NCBI RefSeq assembly: GCF_964204865.1
Contig: NC_135258.1
Span: forward strand, 9,796,001 to 9,860,000
Direction of reading: 5' to 3'
Source: Styela clava
Lineage: Eukaryota
DNA: 64,000 nt
The translations under genes and the position numbers were made by a program. How positions within the stretch are numbered: position 1 is the first letter of the stretch; every line of letters begins with the position of its first letter. Shown in pieces: positions 52,300 through 64,000 of this stretch. The notes below the pieces were generated by a model. It was not told the DNA's origin, searched no databases, and saw only the letters and a list, made by a program, of their open reading frames with translations.

Positions 52300-55200
52300 A
52301 TGTCTGGAAAGTGGAGTTATTTCGCGTTTTATTACACTTTGTTTTATTACTTTATTCCTATTTTTTGTTCCCTTTCTGCTCCATCAACAAGTTCTCTGCC
52401 GATGACAGATTCATCTAACAATATAGGTGAGTGTATTGCATGTTAAAAACATATTTCAATTTCAATAATAATTAGATCGTTGCTACTTTTAATTGGATTT
52501 TAATAATTCAAGTTGATTTATTCTGTAATAAAAATGTTAATCCGAAAAGCAGTAATTTTTGCTATCTTGTTTCAAGGCAATTTTTTTGTTCTATCATAGA
52601 AATAAATTTTTGGTCATTTCTAGAGTGAGTGGCATGTTTTTTAACTTTGTAATTGTCAACAATTTGTATTATTGGAGAGTTTGGAGAAAATTTTGTTCCA
52701 GAGATAGATAGAGATGACTGAAATATAATATTGTGAAATATCTGCTTCATCTTTTGAAATGATTGGCAGCATTTTTTATTGTTATTTTGCTTTTTATCAC
52801 CAAAGAATTACAGTTCCGTCATGGGCCCATTGAAGCTGCAAAAGAGCCATTGATCTTTGATATCCATGACACAATTCGTATAAACTGTGGGGTAAAGGGA
52901 TTCCCAAAGCCTACTGTGCTTTTCTACAAGGGAGATAAACTATTACGTGAACCAAAGCCAGAGGACCTTAATCCTTCTCGTGTTCGAATTGAGCGTACTA
53001 CTCTTCGCATCTTTCCTGCTTATATTGAGGATTCTGGGACATATCGTTGTTTCGCTGAAAATGGGTTTTCCAACATATCTCTGATGTTCCAAGTTAATGT
53101 AGTAGAAGGTGATTTTTCATGAAAAGCCATGTAGTTTGGTGATCATTGGGTGACGCTGGTTTGATCCGCAAGGGCTTGAAGTTGTTGCGACTAGAATCTC
53201 ATTGGTGTTAGTTTATCATAATCCAATCATTATTCATCAGAATTGCATGTAGTGGTGCCCCTTTTCATTCCAATTGCTTGCCTGTTGTTCATGTTTAAAA
53301 TAGGGATATCTATCTTTCTAAAGGCATTTTCTTGTATAATATGTGTTTGATATAGCAGTTTCAAAATATTGTACAGTATGAAGAATTACCTAGATGACTT
53401 CAAATAATATCATTTTATGAATAGCTTGCCATTCTGAAATTCTCCTTTTTAATAAAAGTCTGCGGTTTTAATTTAAATTGATCTATCACCTTGAAAACGA
53501 AGATTCAACTTCATTCAGCTCAGCAGTCAGCGCTTTTCTTCAATCTAATTAACGGTGGTTGAAGATAAATGCACACAATCGAGTTTCAATAAAAAATAAA
53601 ATATCTGTTCTTAAATTTGCTACAGTTTCACTGAAAAAATTGACAAATTCTCAAATAATGATAATACTTTTTTGAAGTTATGCGCGAGTGAAAGTTTATA
53701 AATTTTTAATATACCTTTGAAAAACCTCCCATGAGAAATTTCCCGCATGATCATGCTTGTATTTGGTGATAACTGAATTTAATTTTGTTGTGAGTTGGGA
53801 ATTTTTTCATCAAATAAATGAGTTTCAACTAATAAAGTTAATCTGAAAGAGAACTGAGCAGTGTAAAAGTAATGTAGAATTGGAAATTAGTTTTGTTATA
53901 ATCTCACATTGACTTCCTTTATTGGTTCACATTTGTCATATGATTGAATATTACATCCTGTTACTATAAGTCTGGCAGGCAATTCATGATTTAATTCAGG
54001 AATCAGTAATATATTTCTTTACTATACTGATAGCGATAATACAAAGTATACATTCACAAATTCAAAGAAAATTAATTATCTCGATTCAGGTGAAAGAAAA
54101 CATCCAAATTCTGTGCTTTCGTCACATTATGAATATATAAATAAGTATAACAAAAATCCAATTATCTGTTAAGCTACTTGGCTGAGTTTTTACAGCAGAC
54201 ATTGCATGCCCATTTATATATCTATATTTGGATGACAATCAAAATTTGAGAATATGATCATTCTCAGTTACCTAACATACAGTGTCTGTATTTTAAGCAT
54301 GTTGCATTATTGAAATAATGGTGAATTTTTAGTCTCACAGTTATTTCCTTATCACAAGAAATATACATGATGTACTGAATATAATCATGGGCCAAAATTG
54401 TTCGTGAATTGGTGAAAATAATGTATATATAAACAAATTATAAATGATTTTACTCTTCAAGATTGTACTATTGTTTTCATGAGTCTGTTTCATGAGGTTT
54501 TCTGTATGGAAAATATTAGAAATTTAACATATTTCTCTTACTTCTGGTGCTCTTTTTTCATGTTTGGTGTTTTGTTGTGATTATCATTGTAAAGTATCTG
54601 TATTCAAGTTTCATTTATTTTATCAGATGACAATACAGATAACAGCAGTCCTGTTACAGAGCTGACACCCTTAACAGAATCAGGTTTTTGAATATTTTTA
54701 TTTGTCTAGGATAGGAGGATAGGATTTACATATTTATACATAATCGAACTATATTTTTGATACTGAATATCTGGCAACTTAGAGGCAAAATGTATACGGT
54801 ACCTCTCAATAAATGCCAACATCATATTTCATATTCGATTACGGTATGTGTGGAATTTTTTGTCGTTTTATGAAATGTCCATAATTTGCTGTAGTTGAAA
54901 ACAATATAAATTATATTTGAATACTTTATATACCAGTGTATAGTTTCTCATGTTCTGAAATTTGTTGATTTATAATTTAATGATAACATCTTCAATTATG
55001 ATTCCTTTTCAGCTTACCCAGGACAAGGACGTGAGTATTTTATTTTTTATCGTAGTTAACTAGAGATCTGCGAGTAAATAAAAGATATAAATATTTATAA
55101 ACAATACTGGAATATTGTAACATACCTTAGCTTAATATCTTTATATTAGTAAGGACAGCAAATCCTATTCTTCAGCTTTAGGAAAGACTGCATTAATCAA

Positions 55201-58200
55201 ATCTCAGTGGAACACTTCGGAAAGTTCTGAACTCTCTCTCATGACTATACTCTCAATTTAAACTTCCTATAGTGAATTTAATTCCAGATTTAATTTCAAA
55301 CCAGAGATAATTTGACCATTTCATATTGAATAAAATAGGACCCAAATTATTTTATGATATACAACTTCATTATCATATTGCTGCAGCTGCATCATATTTT
55401 ATTATTTATTCATATCATGAGCTGTAAAGAATTTCATAGCCATGTATTAAACCCACTTTTTTATATGATTCGAATTTCAGTAAAACCATATTGGACAAAA
55501 ATAGACCGAATGCAGAAGAGACTTCATGCTGAACCGGCAGGAAACACTGTGAGGTTTCGTTGTCCAGTTGATGGGAATCCTGTACCGAGAGTGGATTGGT
55601 TTAAAGATGGAAAAATTATTAAGAAAGATAGTAGAATTGGAGGTGTCAAGGTATGAAGATAATCAGCCTATAGTGTAATAATTCATTAGTACTTTTTAAA
55701 TTGACTGTATCATATGAAATATACCGTAATTCTTTTGGTGCCTAGTAGATCAGACGGAATTTGAATTAGTCGAATATTTTAGTGGGATATGCATAAATAC
55801 TACTAGTTTAATAATAGAGCGATATCTATCGGCATCAGTTCATGATTTAAAATCGCAAGCAAATTTAAAATTTTTGGATATAAGGGGAATGGTGAACTAC
55901 AATATCATGATATGTTACCATTTATAAGTGTATTTATTGCTTTTCATATATTTACTGTCCTACATTATTTGCCAAACCTGTTATTATTTTTTGTCTTTCA
56001 TGTTTCATTTTACAGTATCGTAACAATGGACAAATGATAATATTGGAAACAGTTGTTCCACCTGATCAAGGCATGTACATGTGTAAAGCCAGCAATAAAT
56101 ATGGATCTATTAATCATACTTATGAATTGGATGTGCAAGGTACATTAGTAATTTTAATTATACTGTTTCAATGAGGCAATAGCCCATATTCTTCCTTAAC
56201 TTCAGAAAATGTTAGTTAGATAATAGTTAGTTTAATGTATGAAACACATAGGCATATATCAAGAATATGTAATTTACTAAGTATTTATCATAAGTTAGTT
56301 ATATATATTGAACCCGTATGGTATGTTAAAATGTAGTCTTAGTTTTCTTAATAATCTTGTCGGTGAGTTGTTTGTACAGGCAAAATATGAGACAGCTTAT
56401 TCATATATGAACCATATTAATGGTCTGGGTGAGGTATGAGTTTTGATTCTACTCACAGTAGAATTTTTGTTAGCATAGAAGATCCCAAAACATGTTAATC
56501 AAGGATGCTTGAATAATATTGTAACAGTGAGTTTTAGTAGAAGAGAGTTAATATTCAGTATTTGATTTGAAGAAAACAATTTAAAAATTTAGGTGTTTAC
56601 TAGAAAATAGTGTATTGTGCTAATTTAATGAAGAGCTTTTAGCAACCATGGAACTTGGGGTTAATATTATTGAGTTTGGAACAAGCTGTTTCTGTCATGA
56701 AGGCACTTGACAATTAATATGGTTTAATTTCGAATTGTTGATGAATTTTTTAAGGGTGGATAGTTTGTTTTGTTATAGAAAGACTGAAGTTAGAATAAAA
56801 ATTAACTTTATTAATAAATTAAGGAAAAATTTTTTCTCTCCCACACTTTTGCTAACAGTAACACTGTTGGATAATTAGGATGAGATTAAAAAATGGAGGA
56901 AAACTTTATTCTTTTTATAAATGGGCATATCGTGGCCATGCTAGCCACATTGTTTGCCGAGGTGTAGTAGTGCCTGTTGATAATCATTCAAAATTAAATT
57001 TTCTTAATGATCATCACAGAGCGTGCAGCTAGTCGACCTATTCTCAAGTATGGTCTGCCGGCAAATAAAACTGTAAAAATTGGATCTGATGTTGAATTCA
57101 AGTGTAGAGTGTATAGTGACCCCCATCCCCATGTCAAATGGGTGAGATACGTACCGATCGGCAGCGGGGCTAACGCATCTGAAAAAGTTGTCATTTTAAA
57201 GGTATTGAAGTGTCATTGGTGTCGTTCGCGTATATATTTTCTGTTCTTTTTTCGTGTACTTCTGGGGGCCTGTTGCATGTGAGGCATATTTAGTTTCCTC
57301 ACGCAGCAAAGTTTCTGTTTTCCCTCATAACGACTAACAGTACATGCCAATATCTGCTCCAAAACAAACTTTAGTTGCCATATGCCGGAACATCGCGCTT
57401 TTCGTAGGTGTTGTAACTTGCTTGCACTAATCGTCATGGTAATAAAAACAGGTTAATTTTATCATGATTCATTCTTGATTTGATAAACAGATTTTTGTCA
57501 TCTTCGTGAGTTATTAATTTTTTCTGTTTCTTTTTTATTATATGCATTTCTGCTCTTCTTGTGGTGACCTGTCGTGTTCTACAACGTGTTCGGTGTCTGA
57601 TGTTCTGATGGTGATTTCACTTCTGCCAATATTTTCCACCCTTTTTGTTTATTTCTTCTTCAAATATTAATTTCATCATATTATGCAATAATGTTATCAC
57701 CCAACGCATTTTCATTTTATGCGTCATTCTAACCCTAACCCCATTTATTTCATCCCTTCAATAACTTTTCAAATCCTTGTCCCTTTACCCCTCTCTTCTT
57801 CATGGTTTGAAATTGGATGCCCCGTAGAACGCACTGCTGCTGCTCCTTTGATTCCTGATGGTATCCTGGTTAATCAGACCGTTTTTCTTGGTGATGACGT
57901 CACTTTCAAATGTAAAGTGTTTAGCGATGCCCACCCTCACATTGAATGGATCAAGTCATGGAATGTTGGAAACGATACTAGAGTTGAAGTCCTGAAGGTA
58001 AAAAGATCGTCAATGAATATAAGGTTATGGAAAATGGTACTATGCAATGCATAGCTTCAAATATTTCTATGTGATAAGTGTGCAAGTGTCATCTGTTGGT
58101 ACCAAAATCTAGATGTCACATTACTAAATATGACTATTCGAACCCTTAATCTGATTGCATGATGTGCACTCTGAAGGCACTAGCCTATTCGGCCTATTTT

Positions 58201-61200
58201 GACTTTTCTTTTTCTAAAAAAAAAATTGAAGTCTGTCTTTGTGCGACATGCATGCCACTTATGCACTTATCTCGTGAGGAATATTACACCCTTTTGACTT
58301 GTTTCTTACCTGTTCATTCATCCTATGGCCATTGCATTTTGTTGTTTTATCATTTATCCATCACCTTAACGTTTTATTATAAATATTGTTCCGCTTTTAA
58401 CAATGGCATTCTGTTTATCATCTTTAGCATTCATCATTATTGTCCACATTTTAATGTAGTTTTAACTTCATATTCATTATTGACATTTATTCTTTGCTTT
58501 GACGAACTGTTCTCTTTTCTTTTTATATTATTATATAATATGTTTGCCACATATGGCGCACCTCTTGTCTAGAAATAATTATTTCAGTATCTGAGTATAA
58601 TTATTATCAGTGTATCTGAGTAGAATATATATCAAATGGATATCGCCATTTTTGGGCGGTAACAAAAAATGACAAAAACAAAAAATGGCAATTTTCAATT
58701 TTTATAACTTAGAATAGATATAAGAATAGAATCTTCCCGGCCAAGGATATTTATCCTGGGATATTTTTTTTATTTGGCTCCTTTGATCCTATTACGTAAA
58801 TGTAGATTTATTTTCAGTCAGATTATGGTGTATGACAATCATATCCTGTTTTGCATTTTTTTTCCACACTCCAAACCAATTGCAATTTTTTTTTGTATTG
58901 CAGTCATATCCTGTTTGTAGCATTTCTTGTAAGACTAATTATTTGTCTTCTATATAAATTTCCCATCCGGTCCCACTATTGCTATTAAGGAGTTTCGTTT
59001 TTAATCACCAGATTGAGATGTATCACTTATCCTGTTTGTGTTTTTTTTTATAAGAAACAAAATGAGAAACAATTATTTGTCTTTTAGATTTGAGAGGATT
59101 GTGGCTTTGTTTTCCACAAATCAGTTTATTTTGTATCACAGTCATATCCTGTTTGCATATTTTTTATTCCCAGAATTCAAAAATTCTAAACCAATTGTCT
59201 ATTTTACGGATAAACCTTCTCATCCGGTACCACTGTTCCTATTATGATGTACTTGTTGTGGTTTCATGTTTAAACGCTCGGATTATGATGTATTGCAGTA
59301 ATATCCTGTTTGCGTTTATATTTGTGAGATGCAAAAAAATGTGGAACAATTATCTGCTTACTGTAATTTCCTGTGTTATAACGTATTGTTTGTATTGTTC
59401 CTGTACTTGCATTTTATCACCGGATATTTCATTTGTTATGATTTCTTTGGAATGTGACATTTTGCTTTATATTTGCGTAAATTTGCTGAGCAAACACAGG
59501 CCAGGGGCAACGCTTTGTTTATAGTCATATGAGTGATTTACCAAATATCATCCGCTCTACGGAAGTGTATTTATAACAGAATGATATACGGTACCATTTT
59601 CATGTGGCCATGCATAAATACGCTTGAGCTTAAGTATGTGATACAATAAGCATCACTTCCAAAGTTGATGCTTTCTACGCTCTATCGCACCATTTGTAAC
59701 AAACAATGTGGTTTTGCAAACATTCTTAAGTCTTTGGCTTTTTCTCCAATCGACCGTGTCTACCCACAAACCCGCTTTTGAAGAGACTCTTCATTCCGCA
59801 TGACTAACACAATGATGGCAATTTTCCGATTTGATCCAATTTCAATAAGCCATGAATCCTTTCACAGTCCATTTGTCCTGGTAATAACTTCAAATTGTTT
59901 TCATATTATCAGCAAAACTGCCTTTTTTTTATTTTTTATTGGTGATATCTGTCTGTATAGCTGAGTTTAAAACCAATGATAACTGTAATTATAAGCAGTG
60001 AAATCTATATCATGATAGCATGGCAAATTTGTAATTTTCTTTCAGACGTAAATAATCTTCTCTGGTTGAAAATATTTATAAGTCTGAATTGACCCTGAAC
60101 TGCCCCCCTTTTGGGGTTATAACCGCCCATTATGCCGTGAAAAGTAATAACCTTTATGTTACATTTATTTGAGATATCGTTCCAAATATTATTTCAGAAT
60201 CCATAAAAGAATGGTTTTGTATACATAAATTATAGAGATTTCTGCTGGTCATAATCACCCTTGTATCCATTTTAAATTTAATAAAGGCATTTTATAAAGG
60301 AATCAATGCCTATCAATGAATATCTTTGTTGTACATCAGTCATGAATGGCAATACTGTTATGGTATTTAGAAACACATGAGACATGACGATATTTGCCTG
60401 AATTGATTTTTAATTTTTATAGTTCAAACCATGTTTCACACTTTTTTTATGGGATGCTAAAATCCAAGTAAAATGATATTTCTCTCTACTTTTGTAATTT
60501 TTATTTTAGTTGTATATTGGGAATTGATACATTATTGCACATGACTGCTTTTCAAATACCATATAATGTACATTTTGTATCTGACTCTTGAGTTTACAAT
60601 TTATTCATTGAATATATTTTTCTATGGTGTGCATGCTTTCATTCGCTTGCGGGTGTAAAAACTTGTGATTGGTGACTTTTCTTCCATTTCGAATTATTTA
60701 TAAAATTATTGGTGACTTTTCTTCAATTTTGAATTTTTTATATTGATGGATGAGTACTGATCTAGTTTTGTGTTTAGCAATCTGGTATTAACGAATTACA
60801 AGCTGAAAGTTTATTCATATTCAACGTAACGGAAGAGGACAGCGGAAAATACACTTGCATTGCTGAAAACTATATTGGAACAGAGAATAGTTCTGCGTGG
60901 TTAACAATATCGGGAGGTACCATTAGTAATATAAAACCATGGTGCCTAATCTGGAACTGAAAATTTGGGTGCAGTTGGGTGATGATCTACATCTGGTGCT
61001 AAATCAAAATTATTACAAACACTAAACATCTCATTATATACATATGATGACAACAACTATGCATGATGGTGCGCAAGATTATTGTTGAGTATTTAATTTT
61101 CATTGTTCGTATCTGTTTCCTGTGTTTAGTTGTAATAATCTGTGTCATGTTTACATTGTTATTTTGTTTTTGATGACGTCTGGTGATAGTAATGTGCGGC

Positions 61201-63960
61201 CTTAAGAATGCTATGATCATTGTAATATTGCCTCAAGGCTATTGGTGTTGTGCTATTATGTTTAATTGTGGTGATTTTATTGCTTCTTTTTTTAAGATGT
61301 AATTATTATCTTTCAATCAAATAACTTTTGAATCATACATGGCTCTTTCTTGTGGAAAGATTTTATTAACTGTTGCCCATGTATGATTGAAAAGTCATTA
61401 TACTCCTTGATTACAGCTTACTCTGATTTTAGCTTTTTACTGCTGTGTTTTATTGCTTTGCATATCAAGTTGAAGTAATTTTTTAGATCATTGGTTTATT
61501 TTGTCATTCCACTCGAGTGATCAACTATCATGTGTTGATTTAACCAGAATATATTACATTAAATCAATGGCTATTGGTTGCCTTCCCCACAATGTTTTCC
61601 TTTATAATGACCCCTATTCAACACTGTTTGCTCAGGCCCATTGAACACTCGAAGTTTCATTGTATTTGCCCACAACTACCATTACGGAATCATAATATAG
61701 GAATCTGTGTTTAATCCAGGGATGGCCAAAACTGAATAATCTTTTATCATGAATGATTTCTGAAATAATATTCAAAATCGTGGAATATAATATGTATTTA
61801 TTCTAAATTGGATAATATATACAAGTATTCAATGAGGCTGACTCGATTCGTTTTCCATTTTTATTACAATTTCCAGACAATAATTGAAGATCTTTTTCGT
61901 TATACCGATTACTCCATTGATAATAATAATTTTTTTCTCCAATAAAACTATTCTAAATAAAGAGTCCTATATTTGAAGCATGAAATACCAAATACAATAA
62001 GTTTTATTTGGACATCCCTGAACTATCCCTTGACATTCCACATTATTATTCCCTCTAATTGAAAATATGAAGACATGTCAATGATTGAAATGAGAATTAA
62101 ATCACTAAATTTGCAAAAAACGCACCAGATTACAGTTCAATTGGAAACTAGAAGGAATTCATAATAATCCAGTATAATTTCATACAGTGGTGCACTTAAA
62201 AATTACATTGCATGTTATGGTGACATCTCATAAACAGTTTACTTTGGATGAATTAGAAATATTTAGAAAGAAATTTGTCATCATTAAAGGAATTCTCAAA
62301 TTGATGTATCTGATATCTCCATTTCATTATTTTTATTTTAAATTTAACCTTGTTGCCGTGGCGTTACTCAAATTTGGTATATTTTAAGAAGGCTTGTTTT
62401 ATTTGATATACTAAGTTGCAACCATTTTTCATACATGGTGTTTATCATCATTTCATTAAATTTATGCATATTGTATCGAAATATACCACATGCATAAATT
62501 TCAAACTGCTGGTACTTTTTTTTTTACGCTGCCTGCAATCAACTTTTTTATGCATGGGTGAATTCATTCTCTTACTATATTTATTCATTGACTGACAGGC
62601 TGCTGGTTCAAACACAACCAGTCGCGATATGGAGGTGTTGCAGCTCAAAAATGTAACATTTGCTGATGTCGGCGAGTATACTTGCCTTGCTGGTAACTCT
62701 ATTGGAATTTCTTATCAGAGTGCTTGGCTCCAAGTGCTACCAGGTGTGAATGAGCTTGCTGACTTGTATTCAAATATGTGGGGATTAATTGTTAATCATT
62801 TCCTGGTGTTTTGGTGCTAATTGAATATACTAATGACAGATTGTTAAATTATGCATTTTCTTTTATTGATTTTGTTTATCATGAAGAGACACATTGGCTT
62901 GTCAGTTTTTTCTTAGGATTCCCCAGCCAATTCAATTCTCAACTCGATAACGATTATCAAACGTTTCGCATGTCCATCAGTATGTATATTTCTTTAAATC
63001 ATGTTGTTAGATGTGTTCCTATTCAAGTTTTATATTTTTAATGGAAGAAATTGTTTGGCCTCGATACTCAAAATAAAAGGATTTTTCAACAGTGAAATTA
63101 CAGATTTTCTGTTACATGTAAACGGAATTAAAATATATTCCCATCGAACAATTCGCACTTCCAAATATGTAAAACAAAAATTTGGGCATATTGATGACTT
63201 GATGAAATAGAATGTACCAACCAGGTAACTGACAAGTGACTACTACTTATGTGCCTTCATTTATTTGATGGTTAAACAATATCCCAAGTGATCACGACAT
63301 CTGCATTATCTTATGACTTCTGTTTGTTTTTAATTGATCCTGACTATTCTGGTTTTTACAAAATTATACATATCAAACATGCCCCATTGTTCGTTAGGCA
63401 TAATGTGTTATTGAACATTGAGTTGGCAGCAAACCTGGTTTTGGAATTGAATTTTTCTTGGCTTCCAGGCTAATATAAATAAATGATAAGCCAATGTGTC
63501 TATTGTTAAATATTGAATTGGATAATAGGCTATATATAATTTTTTATACCATTAGCGTTATAACTGTGTACTTTGCATATCACAGACACTCCAAAATGAC
63601 AATCTTTAAATTTCAAATTAAGGGTATCAATTGTCTATAAGACTGTAATCAAGTTATGCTTGTTACTTTATGATACCATTGATATTAATATGGGAGAGTG
63701 CTTCAATGCTTATTTTATAAGAAGGGATTTGAATCTATGGTGTCTTTATGAAGTTATTTACTCATACTTCGAAACATGTACACTTTTTTGACAAATGTTC
63801 TTTTTCTCAAATTAATTTTTTCCAGAGCCACCACCAACAGAACCTACAGCTCTTTCTCAAGAGATGAATTTGATAATTTATGGAATATGTGGAGTGCTTG
63901 GTCTTCTGGTCATTTCTGGAATCATATTGTTCTTCTATTACAACTATTATAGTGGGAAAG
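52300..63960 (+). CDS. FGFR: Fibroblast growth factor receptor, extracellular and TM exons (kinase lies beyond the window): 52300-52426 signal, 52806-53108 IgI, 54627-54683 acid box, 55013-55030 microexon, 55481-55650 and 56016-56139 IgII, 57020-57201 or 57828-57997 IgIIIa, 60778-60916 or 62599-62743 IgIIIb/c, 63826-63960 TM
   Basis: [48 protein letters not shown]...[30 protein letters not shown] and [20 protein letters not shown] are FGFR signatures. All splice phases are compatible. Confidence 0.95.
57020..57201 (+). CDS. FGFR: FGFR IgIII first-half exon, copy 1 (IIIa-1)
   Basis: cag|...|gtattg, 182 nt, phase 1 to 0. [44 protein letters not shown]...VVILK. Confidence 0.93.
57828..57997 (+). 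CDS. FGFR: FGFR IgIII first-half exon, copy 2 (IIIa-2)
   Basis: tag|...|gtaaaa, 170 nt, phase 1 to 0. [57 protein letters not shown]. Confidence 0.9.
58839..59380. repeat. Degenerate intronic tandem repeat (~255-bp unit with CAGTCATATCCTGTTTG subrepeats)
   Basis: CATATCCTGTTTG-like motif at ~58840, 58903, 59025, 59141 and 59297. CATCCGGT.CCACT.TT.CTATTA at 58964 and 59221. Confidence 0.6.
60778..60916 (+). CDS. FGFR: FGFR exon IIIb-like
   Basis: 139 nt, phase 0 to 1. [46 protein letters not shown] resembles vertebrate FGFR1/2 IIIb (HSGINSS.AE.L.LFNVTE...NYIG.AN.SAWLTV). Not in the ORF track. Confidence 0.92.
62599..62743 (+). CDS. FGFR: FGFR exon IIIc-like
   Basis: 145 nt, phase 0 to 1. 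[48 protein letters not shown] resembles vertebrate IIIc. Confidence 0.95.
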
Positions 63961-64000
63961 GTTGTGAATCTATTTTTTTTTAAAAGTAAAAAATAACTGA

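Noticed and set aside
57020-62743. Reading the extra Ig half-exons as a fourth Ig domain or an assembly duplication
   Set aside because: The order is a, a', b, c rather than a, b, a', c, and the phases forbid serial inclusion within a pair. The copies are too diverged to be a collapsed-haplotype artefact.
63211-63224. 14-nt AG...GT segment as a further FGFR microexon
   Set aside because: Not frame-preserving and has a poor polypyrimidine tract.

Overview
AT-rich, compact-intron animal genomic DNA. It is most likely an invertebrate chordate such as a tunicate; this is inferred from the FGFR IIIb/IIIc-type exons and overall genome style, not proven. Hand splicing gives six host genes. (1) The 3' end of a small sushi/CCP-domain gene, with a ~870-bp foldback element in its last intron. 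(2) A complete 8-exon, 284-aa type-I membrane protein (- strand) with signal peptide, an apparently stand-alone ZP-C domain, TM helix and Tyr-motif tail; the ORF track largely misses it. (3) A 14-exon, 583-aa protein with C-terminal EF-hand-like motifs and a triple-nested hAT/MITE insertion in intron 4. (4) A 10-exon, ~1393-aa Glu/Arg-rich protein with a long EEEEAERKRL array. (5) An intronless Hop2/PSMC3IP. (6) The extracellular/TM half of an FGF receptor. A ~9-kb transposon island (CR1/L2-type LINE, R4/Dong-type element in a TAA repeat, near-intact hAT) separates Hop2 from the FGFR. The most striking observation is in FGFR Ig domain III, which is encoded by two tandem pairs of mutually exclusive exons: a duplicated IIIa half plus vertebrate-like IIIb/IIIc. 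This allows up to four ligand-binding variants, and comes with a 315-nt AG-exclusion zone and ESRP/RBFOX-type motif clusters.
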